Shown: positions 27,895 to 36,652 of the stretch, piece after piece
Position numbering within the stretch: the first letter of the stretch is position 1
Layout: each line of letters opens with the position of its first letter
The notes under the pieces: model-generated
Databases searched by the model: none
The model's input: the letters and a program-made list of their open reading frames with translations, nothing else
What the model was told of the DNA's origin: nothing
Position numbers and translations under genes: made by a program
Sequence record: SRR20825006_1617
Strand: one strand, 5' to 3'
Length of the DNA stretch: 38,050 bases

Positions 27895-28851
27895 TCAGGG
27901 GCGTGCTTCGCGCCAGAAGGCACGGAAGGCATCGGCGCTTTTGCCGGGTGCTTCAGCCATGGGGACATGGCCAATGCCGTCAAGAATCACCGCGCGGGAT
28001 TGTGGTAATTCCTCGAGAAAGGCAGCCACATTATCCACGCCAAGCAAGCGGTCTTCGCGTCCCCAGAGTACCAGGGTCGGTGTTTGAATAGTGGGCAGCA
28101 CATTCTTGTCCTCGAGCCCCATGCCTGGATCGTCCATCAGATCCCCCCATACTTTTTCAGCCACATCCGCGTTCTCCGCTTTCTTTTGCCCCATGATGTC
28201 GATAAAAAATCCGGGCATGTAAGGCGGTTCTTCCATGGCCCACTTCAATGTGGTCTGGAATTGTTCAGCCTTGTGCGGGATCAGCGGGTTGCTCTCACTC
28301 TTGGCGAGAACATTTTTGAATTCCTCGGTCTGGCGAGTCAGGCCGGCAGAGTCGACCAGGCCCATGGAAAGCACGCGCTCTGGTGCCTGTTGGGCGATAG
28401 CCAGGGAAATGGCGCCGCCCATGGAATTGCCGGCCACATGAAACTGTTGGATATCGAGCGCATCCAGCAGCGTTAGCAGGCGTGTTGCCTGGGCACCCAT
28501 GGTGTAATCCAGATTGAGTGTGCGGGTGGTTTCGCCATGGCCTGGCAGGTCCGGGATGACAAAAAAGAAGTCACCTTCCAGTTCGTTGGCAAAGCGAATC
28601 CAGTTGCTGGAATCCGCGCTGAAGCCGTGGATCAGTAATACGGCTTCTTTGTCGGTGGTGTCGTTACTGTTTTGCTCACTGGCAAGCAGATGCCACTCGA
28701 TGCCGTCCGCCGTTGTCAGGGTCTGGTCTTCCAGACCGGCGCGGCTTTTCTCCATGCTCAGGCCATTGTCATAGGCCCAGCGTGCTGCGTCTTCGCAGCC
28801 ATTCAAAAAGAAAGTACACAAAATAAAAAGAAACAGGTGCTTCGGTTTCAT
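27895..28851 (-). CDS. Alpha/beta-hydrolase (lipase/esterase) lipoprotein
   Basis: Lipobox LNGC, HGF, DLPGHG, nucleophile elbow GNSMG, WGRED, GHVPM; start at 28851 after GGAG. Confidence 0.9.
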   Translation of the reverse strand: MKPKHLFLFILCTFFLNGCEDAARWAYDNGLSMEKSRAGLEDQTLTTADGIEWHLLASEQNSNDTTDKEAVLLIHGFSADSSNWIRFANELEGDFFFVIPDLPGHGETTRTLNLDYTMGAQATRLLTLLDALDIQQFHVAGNSMGGAISLAIAQQAPERVLSMGLVDSAGLTRQTEEFKNVLAKSESNPLIPHKAEQFQTTLKWAMEEPPYMPGFFIDIMGQKKAENADVAEKVWGDLMDDPGMGLEDKNVLPTIQTPTLVLWGREDRLLGVDNVAAFLEELPQSRAVILDGIGHVPMAEAPGKSADAFRAFWREARP

Positions 28852-28967
28852 GCCGAACTCTCCGTTGTATGGCGTCACCTTCAAGGCTCTTTTCGTTTTC
28901 CCTGTGGGGGGAAGCGAAAAGGAGACTGCCTTGCCCAAGCTGGGCCAAGCATAGGGGATATGCAGTG

Positions 28968-28995
28968 AAAATAGCCTTCTGAATGGGCCATTTTT
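28968..28995 (-). terminator. Probable terminator of the DMT gene
   Basis: Minus strand AAAATGGCC-CATTCAGAA-GGCTATTTT just after the DMT stop. Confidence 0.45.
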
Positions 28996-29013
28996 CGAAT
29001 CTGAGCGGGTTTC

Positions 29014-29859
29014 CTAACGGGACTTGAGATTCCAGATGCCGGCGGCCACGATCAGTAAGGTGCCAAGAACGGTAGTCAGCACCAAGGTTTCCCCCCAGAA
29101 CATCCAGCCAAGCAATGCCGCCCAGATTACGGAGGAGTAATTGTAGACACCGACCTGGCCGGGCCGGGCAATCTGGTAGGCGGTGGTCATGGCGTATTGT
29201 CCGCCGGTGGCCACCAGGCCGATGGCGAGAAGCCAGAGGTAATCGGTACCCGCAGGCAGGGTGGTGGCCCACAGCAAAGGCAGGGATGAAAACAGCGTGG
29301 CAAACAGAGCAAAGTAGAACACTACCCGCTGGGCGGGCTCGGAAACCGCCATGCGCCGGATGCTGACTTTGGCAATGCTCATGATGGCCGCGCCGGCCAG
29401 GGCTACCCACATCACCGGGTCAATGTGACCCTGGCCGGCGCGCATAATGATGGCAACGCCGATAAAACCGGCGATGATGGCCAACCAGGTATGTAATCCA
29501 ATCCGTTCACTGAGCCATAGCCAGGCGATGACCGGCAGGAAAAACGGCACCGTCATTTTGACCAGTACGGCCTCTGCCAGGGCAATATGGCCAATGGCGT
29601 AAAAGAAACAAAACATGGCACTGACGCCGGTGAAAGCACGGATCAGGTGCAGATGCACAAAGCGGGTTCGCAGCTGCCCAAAGCCGCCACGAGTGGCGAT
29701 AATCGGTAGCAGGAACATCAGTCCGAAAAGGTTACGGGCAAACACGATGACCTCGGTGTCGAGGTGATCAGACAGGTGCTTGATCATGGCAGCCATTACC
29801 GCCAGCAGGCCTTCCCCGAGTATCAGCAGCAAGGCACCCTTTAGTGGTTGATCTTTCAT
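29014..29859 (-). CDS. DMT/EamA-family transporter
   Basis: About 10 TM helices, two EamA repeats (WLSERIG, FWGETL). Confidence 0.9.
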   Translation of the reverse strand: MKDQPLKGALLLILGEGLLAVMAAMIKHLSDHLDTEVIVFARNLFGLMFLLPIIATRGGFGQLRTRFVHLHLIRAFTGVSAMFCFFYAIGHIALAEAVLVKMTVPFFLPVIAWLWLSERIGLHTWLAIIAGFIGVAIIMRAGQGHIDPVMWVALAGAAIMSIAKVSIRRMAVSEPAQRVVFYFALFATLFSSLPLLWATTLPAGTDYLWLLAIGLVATGGQYAMTTAYQIARPGQVGVYNYSSVIWAALLGWMFWGETLVLTTVLGTLLIVAAGIWNLKSR

Positions 29860-30085
29860 TGGGCGGCGTCCGCGGGTGAAGGTGTGAAGGGGCTGAAGAG
29901 AAAACGATCAAACTGTTCGGCACGCAGAGCGTGTCTGTTGTCATGTTCGCATAGTGGCCGAGCTGATAGCCTGAGCTGCGAGGCTCTAATCCGAATACGT
30001 TTAGGGTTCCGGCCAGCCGGGGCGGCATTCTACCGCTGTCCCTGTCGGGACGCCATGCCATCGACTGGGAGGTCAAAGAGGACAC

Positions 30086-30601
30086 ATGCGCTGTTTTATC
30101 GGGATTCCGGTCACTGACGCACTGGCAGACCAGTGTGTGACATTGTCCCACAGCATGGGCCGAGCGACCCCCATAGCCAACCTGCACCTGACACTGGCGT
30201 TCCTGGGGGAGCAGACCCCATCGGCTTTGAGCCAGCTGCATGGCTCGCTGACAGAGCTCGCTGGCGGGAATCTACCGTTTGAGCAGTTGCTCAACCGTTG
30301 TGAGCCGTTTCCCCGGGAACAGGGCCCTTTTGTGGCGCTGACCGGTACCGCGTGCCCGGCGCTCAAGCAGCTACACCATGACCTTTGGTTGTGTCTTCAG
30401 GGCTACGGTTTCTCGCCGGAGGAGCGGCCGTTTCGCCCCCATATTACGCTGGCCAAACCGGGGCCGACGCAGACGCCTTTCAAGGCCATTGGAGACTGGG
30501 TGCTACCCGTCAGTACGTTGATGTTGTACCGCAGTGAGTTGGGCGAGCCGTTTCCGAGCTATCAGCCGCTGGCGCAGTTTCCCCTGATGGCCGACGATTA
30601 G
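30086..30601 (+). CDS. thpR: RNA 2',3'-cyclic phosphodiesterase (2H phosphoesterase)
   Basis: MRCFIGI, NLHLTLAFLGE, PFRPHITLA, LYRSEL; two HxT motifs. Confidence 0.9.
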   Translation: MRCFIGIPVTDALADQCVTLSHSMGRATPIANLHLTLAFLGEQTPSALSQLHGSLTELAGGNLPFEQLLNRCEPFPREQGPFVALTGTACPALKQLHHDLWLCLQGYGFSPEERPFRPHITLAKPGPTQTPFKAIGDWVLPVSTLMLYRSELGEPFPSYQPLAQFPLMADD

Positions 30602-30712
30602 TCGATTGACCGCTTAGTGTTCCACGGGCAGAGCATCCGGCAACTTGAATTCCCCGTTATCACCCGCATGCCTGATAGAGTATGCATGCAGTGCAACAAG
30701 GAGAGCTTACCG

Positions 30713-31345
30713 ATGCAGTTACTTAGCAACAGCCTCACCGACCAGGCACCGATTCCGGAAAAATTTGCCTTTGCGGTGATCGACCCGGATACCCATGTAT
30801 CCCTGTCGAGCAACATCAACCCGCATCTGGCCTGGAAGGGAGCCCCGGAAGGGACGCGCTCCTTTGCGGTGGTGTGCCTGGACCCGGACGCGCCCAGTGC
30901 GGCCGATGATGTAAACCAGGAAGACCGGGAAGTGCCGGCCAGCCTGCCGCGGGTAGATTTTTACCATTGGACCTTGTTCAACATTCCTGCGGACCAGAGT
31001 GAAATTCGCGAAGGCAGCCATTGCGACAGCGTCACCCCGAAAGGAAAACGCGGCCCGGCGGCGCCGGACGGGCAGCGCCATGGGCTTAATGACTACACGG
31101 GCTGGTTTGCGGGTGACGCAGACATGGAAGGTCAGTACTTCGGTTACGACGGCCCTTGTCCGCCGTGGAATGACAGCACCGTGCACCGCTATGTCTTTAC
31201 GGTCTATGCACTGGATGTGGACACGCTGCCGGAGGGCAAGGATCTGAGCGGTGCTGCACTGGCTGAACAGATCAAGTCGCATGCACTGGATCAGGCCAGT
31301 CTGACGGTGAGCTATACGTTGAATCCGCGTTTGGCTGAAGGGTAA
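30713..31345 (+). CDS. YbhB/YbcL (PEBP/RKIP-like) protein
   Basis: DPDAP, FYHW, NDY, YDGPCPP, HRYVFTVYALD; start at 30713 after AAGGAG. Confidence 0.9.
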   Translation: MQLLSNSLTDQAPIPEKFAFAVIDPDTHVSLSSNINPHLAWKGAPEGTRSFAVVCLDPDAPSAADDVNQEDREVPASLPRVDFYHWTLFNIPADQSEIREGSHCDSVTPKGKRGPAAPDGQRHGLNDYTGWFAGDADMEGQYFGYDGPCPPWNDSTVHRYVFTVYALDVDTLPEGKDLSGAALAEQIKSHALDQASLTVSYTLNPRLAEG

Positions 31346-31387
31346 GTGGCGCAACCCTCGTTGGTGTTGAAAGCGTTTCGCTTTGAG

Positions 31388-31510
31388 TGTTGGATTACGC
31401 CTGTCAGGCTCTCTGTACCCTTGGGTGAATTCAACCTACAAGGGAGCGAACACCGCGTATAGGTCGTGGTTGCCCAAGGACAGAGAGAGGCCGAAGGCCG
31501 TAACCCGACA
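31388..31510. repeat. Inverted REP doublet (REPIN-like, GTAG-family REPs)
   Basis: Arm 1 (minus, 31388-31439) GTAGGTTGAATT..AGCCTGACAGGCGTAATCCAACA; arm 2 (plus, 31457-31510) GTATAGGTCGTGGTT..AGGCCGAAGGCCGTAACCCGACA; together they fold into one long imperfect hairpin. Confidence 0.65.
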
Positions 31511-31526
31511 GACCCCACCGCCAGAC

Positions 31527-31557
31527 ACAAAAAAGGCCGCTTTCGCGGCCTTTTTGT
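31527..31557. terminator. Bidirectional Rho-independent terminator (tRNA-Pro / ybhB-like gene)
   Basis: ACAAAAAAGGCCGC-TTTC-GCGGCCTTTTTGT. Confidence 0.9.
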
Positions 31558-31582
31558 TACCCCTTCATGTCAGGGGTTTATT

Positions 31583-31659
31583 TGGTCGGAGTAGCAGGAT
31601 TCGAACCTGCGACCCCTACGTCCCGAACGTAGTACTCTACCAAGCTGAGCTATACTCCG
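31583..31659 (-). tRNA. tRNA-Pro (anticodon CGG)
   Basis: CGGAGTATAGCTCAGCTTGGTAGAGTACTACGTTCGGGACGTAGGGGTCGCAGGTTCGAATCCTGCTACTCCGACCA: 77-nt cloverleaf with encoded CCA. Confidence 0.98.
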
Positions 31660-31700
31660 ATGGCTGCGCATTCTAGCAGCCAATTCAGAAAATGCCATAC
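31660..31700 (-). promoter_or_regulatory. tRNA-Pro promoter: -10 TAGAAT with GC-rich discriminator
   Basis: Minus strand ...GCTAGAATGCGCAGCCAT directly before the tRNA 5' end; weak -35. Confidence 0.55.
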
Positions 31701-31803
31701 CTAAATGCGGCGGGGACGCGTGGTTGCGCAGTTTCTGGCCAATCCTGCAATCAGCGGGCAAAATGCGCCCCCGCATGCATTTCACCATGGATACAGAACG
31801 CGA

Positions 31804-32985
31804 ATGACACCTTTTCATCACCCTTGGGGCCAACTTGCATTACAGCGTTGGCCTCGTCGGAGAAACGAGACGTTACAGGCCTGGGACAATGCGGATCTGT
31901 ACCTGCTCAACACGTTGGCAGAACGCGGCCTGCCTGTATCGGAAGCAGATGAAGCCGCAAAGGCCGGCGCAACAACCCTGGTGCTGAATGATCAGCAGGG
32001 CGCACTGGCATTGGCGTTACAGCAAGCGGCCTCGGCGGGGGGGGCAGTGGTGGAAAGCAGTGGTGATTCCTTCATGGCCCAGGCGGCCGCTCTGGCCAAT
32101 GGCGAGGATAACAGCCTGCAGGGAATCCGGTTTCTGTGGCCTTTTGACGCGCTGGGCCAGACTCCAGATCAAGTGATTATGCGTGTCCCCAAGTCGGTTG
32201 CGCTGCTGGAGTGGCAGTTGCACTGGCTGAGCGAACATCTTCCACAGGGTGTCCCTGTGTGGTTGGCGGGCATGGACAAGCACTTGCCGCGGCAGCTGGT
32301 GTCATTGCTGCAACGTTATCTGGGTAACGGTCGTGCCGAGTACGGCTGGAAGAAAGCCCGTTTGTTCAGTGCACAGACCCCGGGACAGGTTCTGGCTGAC
32401 ACCGGCTACCCCAGCAAAGTGGAAGCAGGGGACTGGCAATTAACCGTGCATGCCGGCGTGTTCGCCCAGCAGCAACTGGATATTGGTGCGCGGTTCTTCC
32501 TGGATCATCTGCCGCAGTCGTTGGCGGCAGGTTCCCGAGTGGTGGATTTGGGGTGCGGCAACGGGGTGATCGGCCTGGCCGCATTGCAGGCCAGCCCCAG
32601 CGCTGAAATGACGTTTTGTGATGAATCCTGGCTGGCACTGGAAAGCGCCCGTGACAATGTGTCGCGTTATTTTCCAGAAGCGCAATGCCAGTTTCACCAT
32701 GGTGATGGCTTGCTGGGTCTGGAGAATGATTTCGACTGCATCCTGTTGAACCCGCCTTTTCATGACGGACACGTGGTCGGTGATCATGTGGCCCGGCGCT
32801 TGTTCAATCAGGCGGCGCGTGCCTTGGCTCCGGGTGGCGAATTACGGGTTATCGGTAATCGCCATCTGGGGTATCACAAGGTGTTGTCGCGCCGGTTCGG
32901 GTCGGTGACGGTATTGGGCAGCAACGACAAGTTTGTGGTGTGGCGTTGCCAGGATCCTGTCCAATCAGGGGCTAAGGCAGGTTGA
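31804..32985 (+). CDS. rlmG: 23S rRNA m2G1835 methyltransferase RlmG-like
   Basis: LQAWDNADLYLL, LNDQQGAL, WKKARL, VFAQQQLDIGARF, DLGCGNG, DESWLA, NPPFH, GNRHLGYH. Confidence 0.88.
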   Translation: MTPFHHPWGQLALQRWPRRRNETLQAWDNADLYLLNTLAERGLPVSEADEAAKAGATTLVLNDQQGALALALQQAASAGGAVVESSGDSFMAQAAALANGEDNSLQGIRFLWPFDALGQTPDQVIMRVPKSVALLEWQLHWLSEHLPQGVPVWLAGMDKHLPRQLVSLLQRYLGNGRAEYGWKKARLFSAQTPGQVLADTGYPSKVEAGDWQLTVHAGVFAQQQLDIGARFFLDHLPQSLAAGSRVVDLGCGNGVIGLAALQASPSAEMTFCDESWLALESARDNVSRYFPEAQCQFHHGDGLLGLENDFDCILLNPPFHDGHVVGDHVARRLFNQAARALAPGGELRVIGNRHLGYHKVLSRRFGSVTVLGSNDKFVVWRCQDPVQSGAKAG

Positions 32986-33649
32986 TGTGATTGAAATCAC
33001 TGACCACCGGGTGGCGGCTTTGCAGCCCGGCTTGTTCGCGGTCCAGCAGGCAGGTGTGTAAACCCGCTTCGGCGGCGGCATCCAGCTCGGCTTCGATATC
33101 GGACAAGAACAGCAGGGTGTTGGCAGGATGGCCAATGGCTTGCTGAATCTTCCGATAACTGTCTGCGGACTGTTTGGGGCCAGTGGTGGTATCGAAATAG
33201 CCGGATAGCAGACCAGTAAGGTCGCCGGCATCACTGTAGCCGAAGAACAGTTTCTGGGCAGCAATGGAGCCGGAGGAATACACATACAGGGCCAGACCGC
33301 TGTCGTGCCATTTTTTCAGGGCAGGGGCGGTGTCCGGGTACATGTGGGCAGTGTAGTCACCGTTCTCGTAACCCGCTTTCCAGATCATGCCCTGCAGGGC
33401 TTTTAAGGGTGTGGCCTTGCGGTCTTCTTCTATCCAGCGGCAGAACAAGTCGCTGGCTTGCGCCGGGGTGCCAAGGGCTTCCCCGGCCTCTGTTTCGGCG
33501 GCTTGAATCTGTTTTTGCACGGCCGCCTCGTCCCAGTGGACATCAAGAAAAGCAGGAAACTGTTTGACGGCGTAGGGAAACAGTACGTCTTTGACAAACG
33601 CAATGCTGCTGGTGGTGCCTTCGATGTCAGTGATGATGGCGTTGATCAT
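32972..33649 (-). CDS. mtnC: Enolase-phosphatase E1 (acireductone synthase)
   Basis: TDIEGTT..FVKDVLFPYA, DRKATPLKALQG.IW, YSSGSIAAQKLFF, FLSD..ELDAA. Confidence 0.95.
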   Translation of the reverse strand: MINAIITDIEGTTSSIAFVKDVLFPYAVKQFPAFLDVHWDEAAVQKQIQAAETEAGEALGTPAQASDLFCRWIEEDRKATPLKALQGMIWKAGYENGDYTAHMYPDTAPALKKWHDSGLALYVYSSGSIAAQKLFFGYSDAGDLTGLLSGYFDTTTGPKQSADSYRKIQQAIGHPANTLLFLSDIEAELDAAAEAGLHTCLLDREQAGLQSRHPVVSDFNHINLP

Positions 33650-33684
33650 AAATATTGACCCTGCTGTGGGTGGGACGGTGTTGC

Positions 33685-34230
33685 TCAATCCAGCCGGTTG
33701 AAGCGCTGGGCAATGTCGCTGCCGGTAAAGTTGGCCACCCAGCCATCCGGGTTATTGAACAGGCGAATGGCAACAAAACGGGGGGCGGGGCCCATGTCAA
33801 ACCAGTGCGGGGTGTTGGCGGGGACACTGATCAGGTCACCTTTGGTGCACAACACTTCGTAGACCTTGCCATTGATATGCAAGGTGAACAGTCCCTGGCC
33901 TTCCACGAAAAAGCGCACTTCATCTTCGCTGTGCCGGTGTTCTTCCAGAAACTTTTGCCGGAAGGCGGCTTTGTCGGGGTGGTCCGGAACCATGCTGACC
34001 ACATCCACCGTCTGGTAGCCTTCATCGGCGATCAGTCGGTCAATGTCTGCCTGATACGCCTGAATCACTTCGCTCTGCTGAGGGTTTTCGGATAACGGCT
34101 GGTTGGCTTGCCATTGTTCGTAGCGGACACCGGCGCTGGCCAGCACCCGGGCCATGGCAGCCTTGTCGCTGTGGTGTTGTTCCAGCACCTCAGGTGCCTG
34201 GTCAGAAAAGACTTTCAGTTCGCTGTGCAT
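33685..34230 (-). CDS. mtnD: Acireductone dioxygenase
   Basis: KFLEEHRHSEDEVRFFVEG, DLISVPANTPHWFD, AIRLF. Confidence 0.96.
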   Translation of the reverse strand: MHSELKVFSDQAPEVLEQHHSDKAAMARVLASAGVRYEQWQANQPLSENPQQSEVIQAYQADIDRLIADEGYQTVDVVSMVPDHPDKAAFRQKFLEEHRHSEDEVRFFVEGQGLFTLHINGKVYEVLCTKGDLISVPANTPHWFDMGPAPRFVAIRLFNNPDGWVANFTGSDIAQRFNRLD

Positions 34231-34290
34231 GGCATCTTCTCTCTATCAGTTCTCTTTTGCGCGTTCTGTCAGATCGTCTTGCCGGCTGCG

Positions 34291-34926
34291 TCAGCAACCT
34301 CGCAGGCGACGGCACTCCAGCTCAATGGCCAGCAGGGTTTCCAGTGCTTCCAGTTGACGGTAGCAGGCCGGCAGGTCCTGCGCCCAGGTGTACAGGCCAT
34401 GACCACGGATCAGATAGGCATGGCTGATATGACCGGCGCGCATTTCCTTGTCCACCTGGGCGGCAAGGGCGGCGATATCCTGGGTGTTCTCAAAGACGGG
34501 AATGGTCAGCCGGCTGTCATGGGTGGTGATGCCTTCCAGGGCTTTGAGCAGCTCATAGCCTTCCAGCGTAATGCTGTTGGCGGGCCAGTGCATGGTCAGC
34601 ACGGTGGAGGCATGACTGTGCGTATGCAGCACTGCCTGAATATCGGCATCAAAGCGGTAAAGCTGGGTATGCAGCAGGGTTTCGGCCGAGGGTTTGCCGG
34701 CGGAAGCCGGTTGGCCATCCATGTCTACGGCCATGATGTCGGTTTCGCGGAGCAGGCCCTTGTCCTTGCCGGATTGCGTTACGGCGGCAAAGTCTGCATT
34801 CAGGCGCTGGGAGTAATTACTGCTGGTGGCCGGGGACCAACCATTGGCATAAATGCGTTGGCCGGTGGCGGCCAATGCCCGTGCTGCGTCGCGAAACGCG
34901 CTGGTGGAGTAGGGGCGATCAGTCAT
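34291..34926 (-). CDS. mtnB: Methylthioribulose-1-phosphate dehydratase
   Basis: GWSPATSSNYS, SGKDKG, PSAETLLH, LHTHS, IRGHGLYTW. Confidence 0.95.
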   Translation of the reverse strand: MTDRPYSTSAFRDAARALAATGQRIYANGWSPATSSNYSQRLNADFAAVTQSGKDKGLLRETDIMAVDMDGQPASAGKPSAETLLHTQLYRFDADIQAVLHTHSHASTVLTMHWPANSITLEGYELLKALEGITTHDSRLTIPVFENTQDIAALAAQVDKEMRAGHISHAYLIRGHGLYTWAQDLPACYRQLEALETLLAIELECRRLRGC

Positions 34927-35980
34927 GGCGGCGATCCTTGACCTGGCTCAGGTGGGCCTTGAGCTTTTCAGTATTCGGGTGATGGATGACGCCCTGTTCG
35001 GTGACGATGGCGGTGATCAGCGCCGCCGGGGTGACATCGAAAGCGGGGTTGTACACCGGGCAGTTATCCGGGGCCACCGGCTTGCCTTGAATGGCACGCA
35101 CTTCGCTGCCATCACGCTGTTCAATCACGATGTGACTGCCATCGGGCAGGGCAGAGTCCAGTGTGGAAACGGGGGCAGCAACAATGAAAGGAATCTGGTG
35201 GTGCTGCGCCAGTACGGCCAGGTTATAGGTGCCGATCTTGTTGGCGGTATCACCGTTGGCGGTGATGCGGTCGGCACCGACGATAACCGCCTGCACTTTT
35301 CCTTGTTGCATAAGTTGGCCTGCGCAGCTATCGGCAACCAGCGTCACGGGAATGCCGTCATTGAGCAGTTCCCAGCTGGTCAGGCGGCTGCCTTGCAACC
35401 AGGGCCGGGTTTCGCCGGCATAGACGCCGGAGAGCTGCTGACGGGCCCAGGCGCTACGAATGATGCCCAAGGCGGTGCCATGCCCGCCGGTGGCCAGGGC
35501 GCCGGTGTTGCAGTGGGTGTAAACGGTGGCGCCATCAGGGAGCAGGTCGGCCCCAAATTCGCCCATGGCCTGGTTGGCGGCCAGGTCTTCGCGGTGAATG
35601 CTTTCTGCGTCGTCCGTTAACGCCTGGCACAAGGCGTTGCCCTGAAGGTCGCCGGCCACACGTTGCAATCGTTCCAGTGCCCAGAACAGGTTGACGGCTG
35701 TTGGGCGGCTGGCTGCCAGGCAGGCAATGGCATTCTGTAGCGAGGCCAAGGTAGCGCTCTCGCCCAACCGTTGGGCTTCCAGCGCGAGCCCGTAGGCGGC
35801 GGTGATGCCGATGGCCGGAGCACCTCGCACAACCATATCGCGAATGGCGTCTGCCGCTTGCTGGCTGTCGAGAATATCCAGCCACAGGGTTTCCGTCGGC
35901 AGGTGGCGTTGATCCAGTAACTGCAGGCGATCGCCGTGCCAGCGAATGGCGGCGCTATTAACCGTTGGGGTAATGGCCAT
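34919..35980 (-). CDS. mtnA: S-methyl-5-thioribose-1-phosphate isomerase
   Basis: LDQRHLP, VRGAPAIG, RPTAVNL, THCNTGALAT, ETRPWLQGSRLT, GADRI..NGD.ANKIGTY, NPAFDVTP. Confidence 0.96.
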   Translation of the reverse strand: MAITPTVNSAAIRWHGDRLQLLDQRHLPTETLWLDILDSQQAADAIRDMVVRGAPAIGITAAYGLALEAQRLGESATLASLQNAIACLAASRPTAVNLFWALERLQRVAGDLQGNALCQALTDDAESIHREDLAANQAMGEFGADLLPDGATVYTHCNTGALATGGHGTALGIIRSAWARQQLSGVYAGETRPWLQGSRLTSWELLNDGIPVTLVADSCAGQLMQQGKVQAVIVGADRITANGDTANKIGTYNLAVLAQHHQIPFIVAAPVSTLDSALPDGSHIVIEQRDGSEVRAIQGKPVAPDNCPVYNPAFDVTPAALITAIVTEQGVIHHPNTEKLKAHLSQVKDRRHD

Positions 35981-36422
35981 GGGAGGACTCCTTGAATGCG
36001 TCCGGGTGTTCCAGCGGGCGGCGATGGTACCGGGCCCTGATCCAGTTTGCGGCCCGGAAGACCCCGGGGCGGCGCATAATAGCGCGTTCCAAACGGTATT
36101 TCCCCGGAAAAGTGCTGGTCATGATGGCGATCAAAATGGTTAGCAGGCCCTGCCCGGGAAGGATCAGCATGAGGATGCCGGCGACCAGTAATAAAATCGC
36201 CAACAGGTTGCGCAACAGCCACACCAGCCAGGCAACCAGTCCCCGGTTTTGGTGCGGCGAATAGGCCTGGGTAAAATAGTTTTCCGGTATTCGCACGAGG
36301 AACCAGGGCAAGGCCACCAGTGAGGCCACGGCCATGATCACCCCGGTGATGGTCAGGGCCGGCAGCCAGGGTTCCAGTTGTTGGGCCAGTGGCGCGAGCC
36401 ACCCGGGCAGGTCAGCGTTCAA
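35958..36422 (-). CDS. PGPGW-family putative transmembrane protein
   Basis: TM helices, IPENYF, GILMLILPGQGLLTILI, FPGKYRLER, NWIRAR..RPL; TTG start after GGAGG; 3' end overlaps the mtnA start. Confidence 0.8.
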   Translation of the reverse strand: MNADLPGWLAPLAQQLEPWLPALTITGVIMAVASLVALPWFLVRIPENYFTQAYSPHQNRGLVAWLVWLLRNLLAILLLVAGILMLILPGQGLLTILIAIMTSTFPGKYRLERAIMRRPGVFRAANWIRARYHRRPLEHPDAFKESSHGHYPNG

Positions 36423-36652
36423 TCGGCCTCCGGAGAATAGTGTGAACGTTCGCTCAGTGGAACGTACAATGGCGTGATGACCGGCAATTTTCAATCATGA
36501 TGACGCTGCGCAGATACGTTGTTCATGAAGTATATTTTGTCATTTCCATACTGTGCATCAGAAAGGCGACCGCCGGCCTGATGGCAACGTAAATTATTGA
36601 TGGAGGCGCGCGGTCCCGAGCGGCCCGATAGTGTCTTCCAGGAGAACCCGAT

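Noticed and set aside
29955..30085. ykkC/guanidine-I riboswitch (TAGGGTTCCG) or hammerhead ribozyme (CTGATA) on the plus strand
   Set aside because: The downstream conserved elements are missing (GGUCCGAG and the AAAGCCCGGGAG-type tail; CUGANGA with GAAA).
31346..31560. 6S RNA, SRP RNA or retron ncRNA as the identity of the long hairpin
   Set aside because: No 6S central bubble or zapA/ygfA context, no SRP GGAA-loop motif, no reverse transcriptase nearby; REP-like termini explain it better.
31583..31659. tRNA-Pro as the attachment site of a genomic island
   Set aside because: No integrase, no duplicated tRNA 3' end seen, and no evident composition shift in flanking genes.
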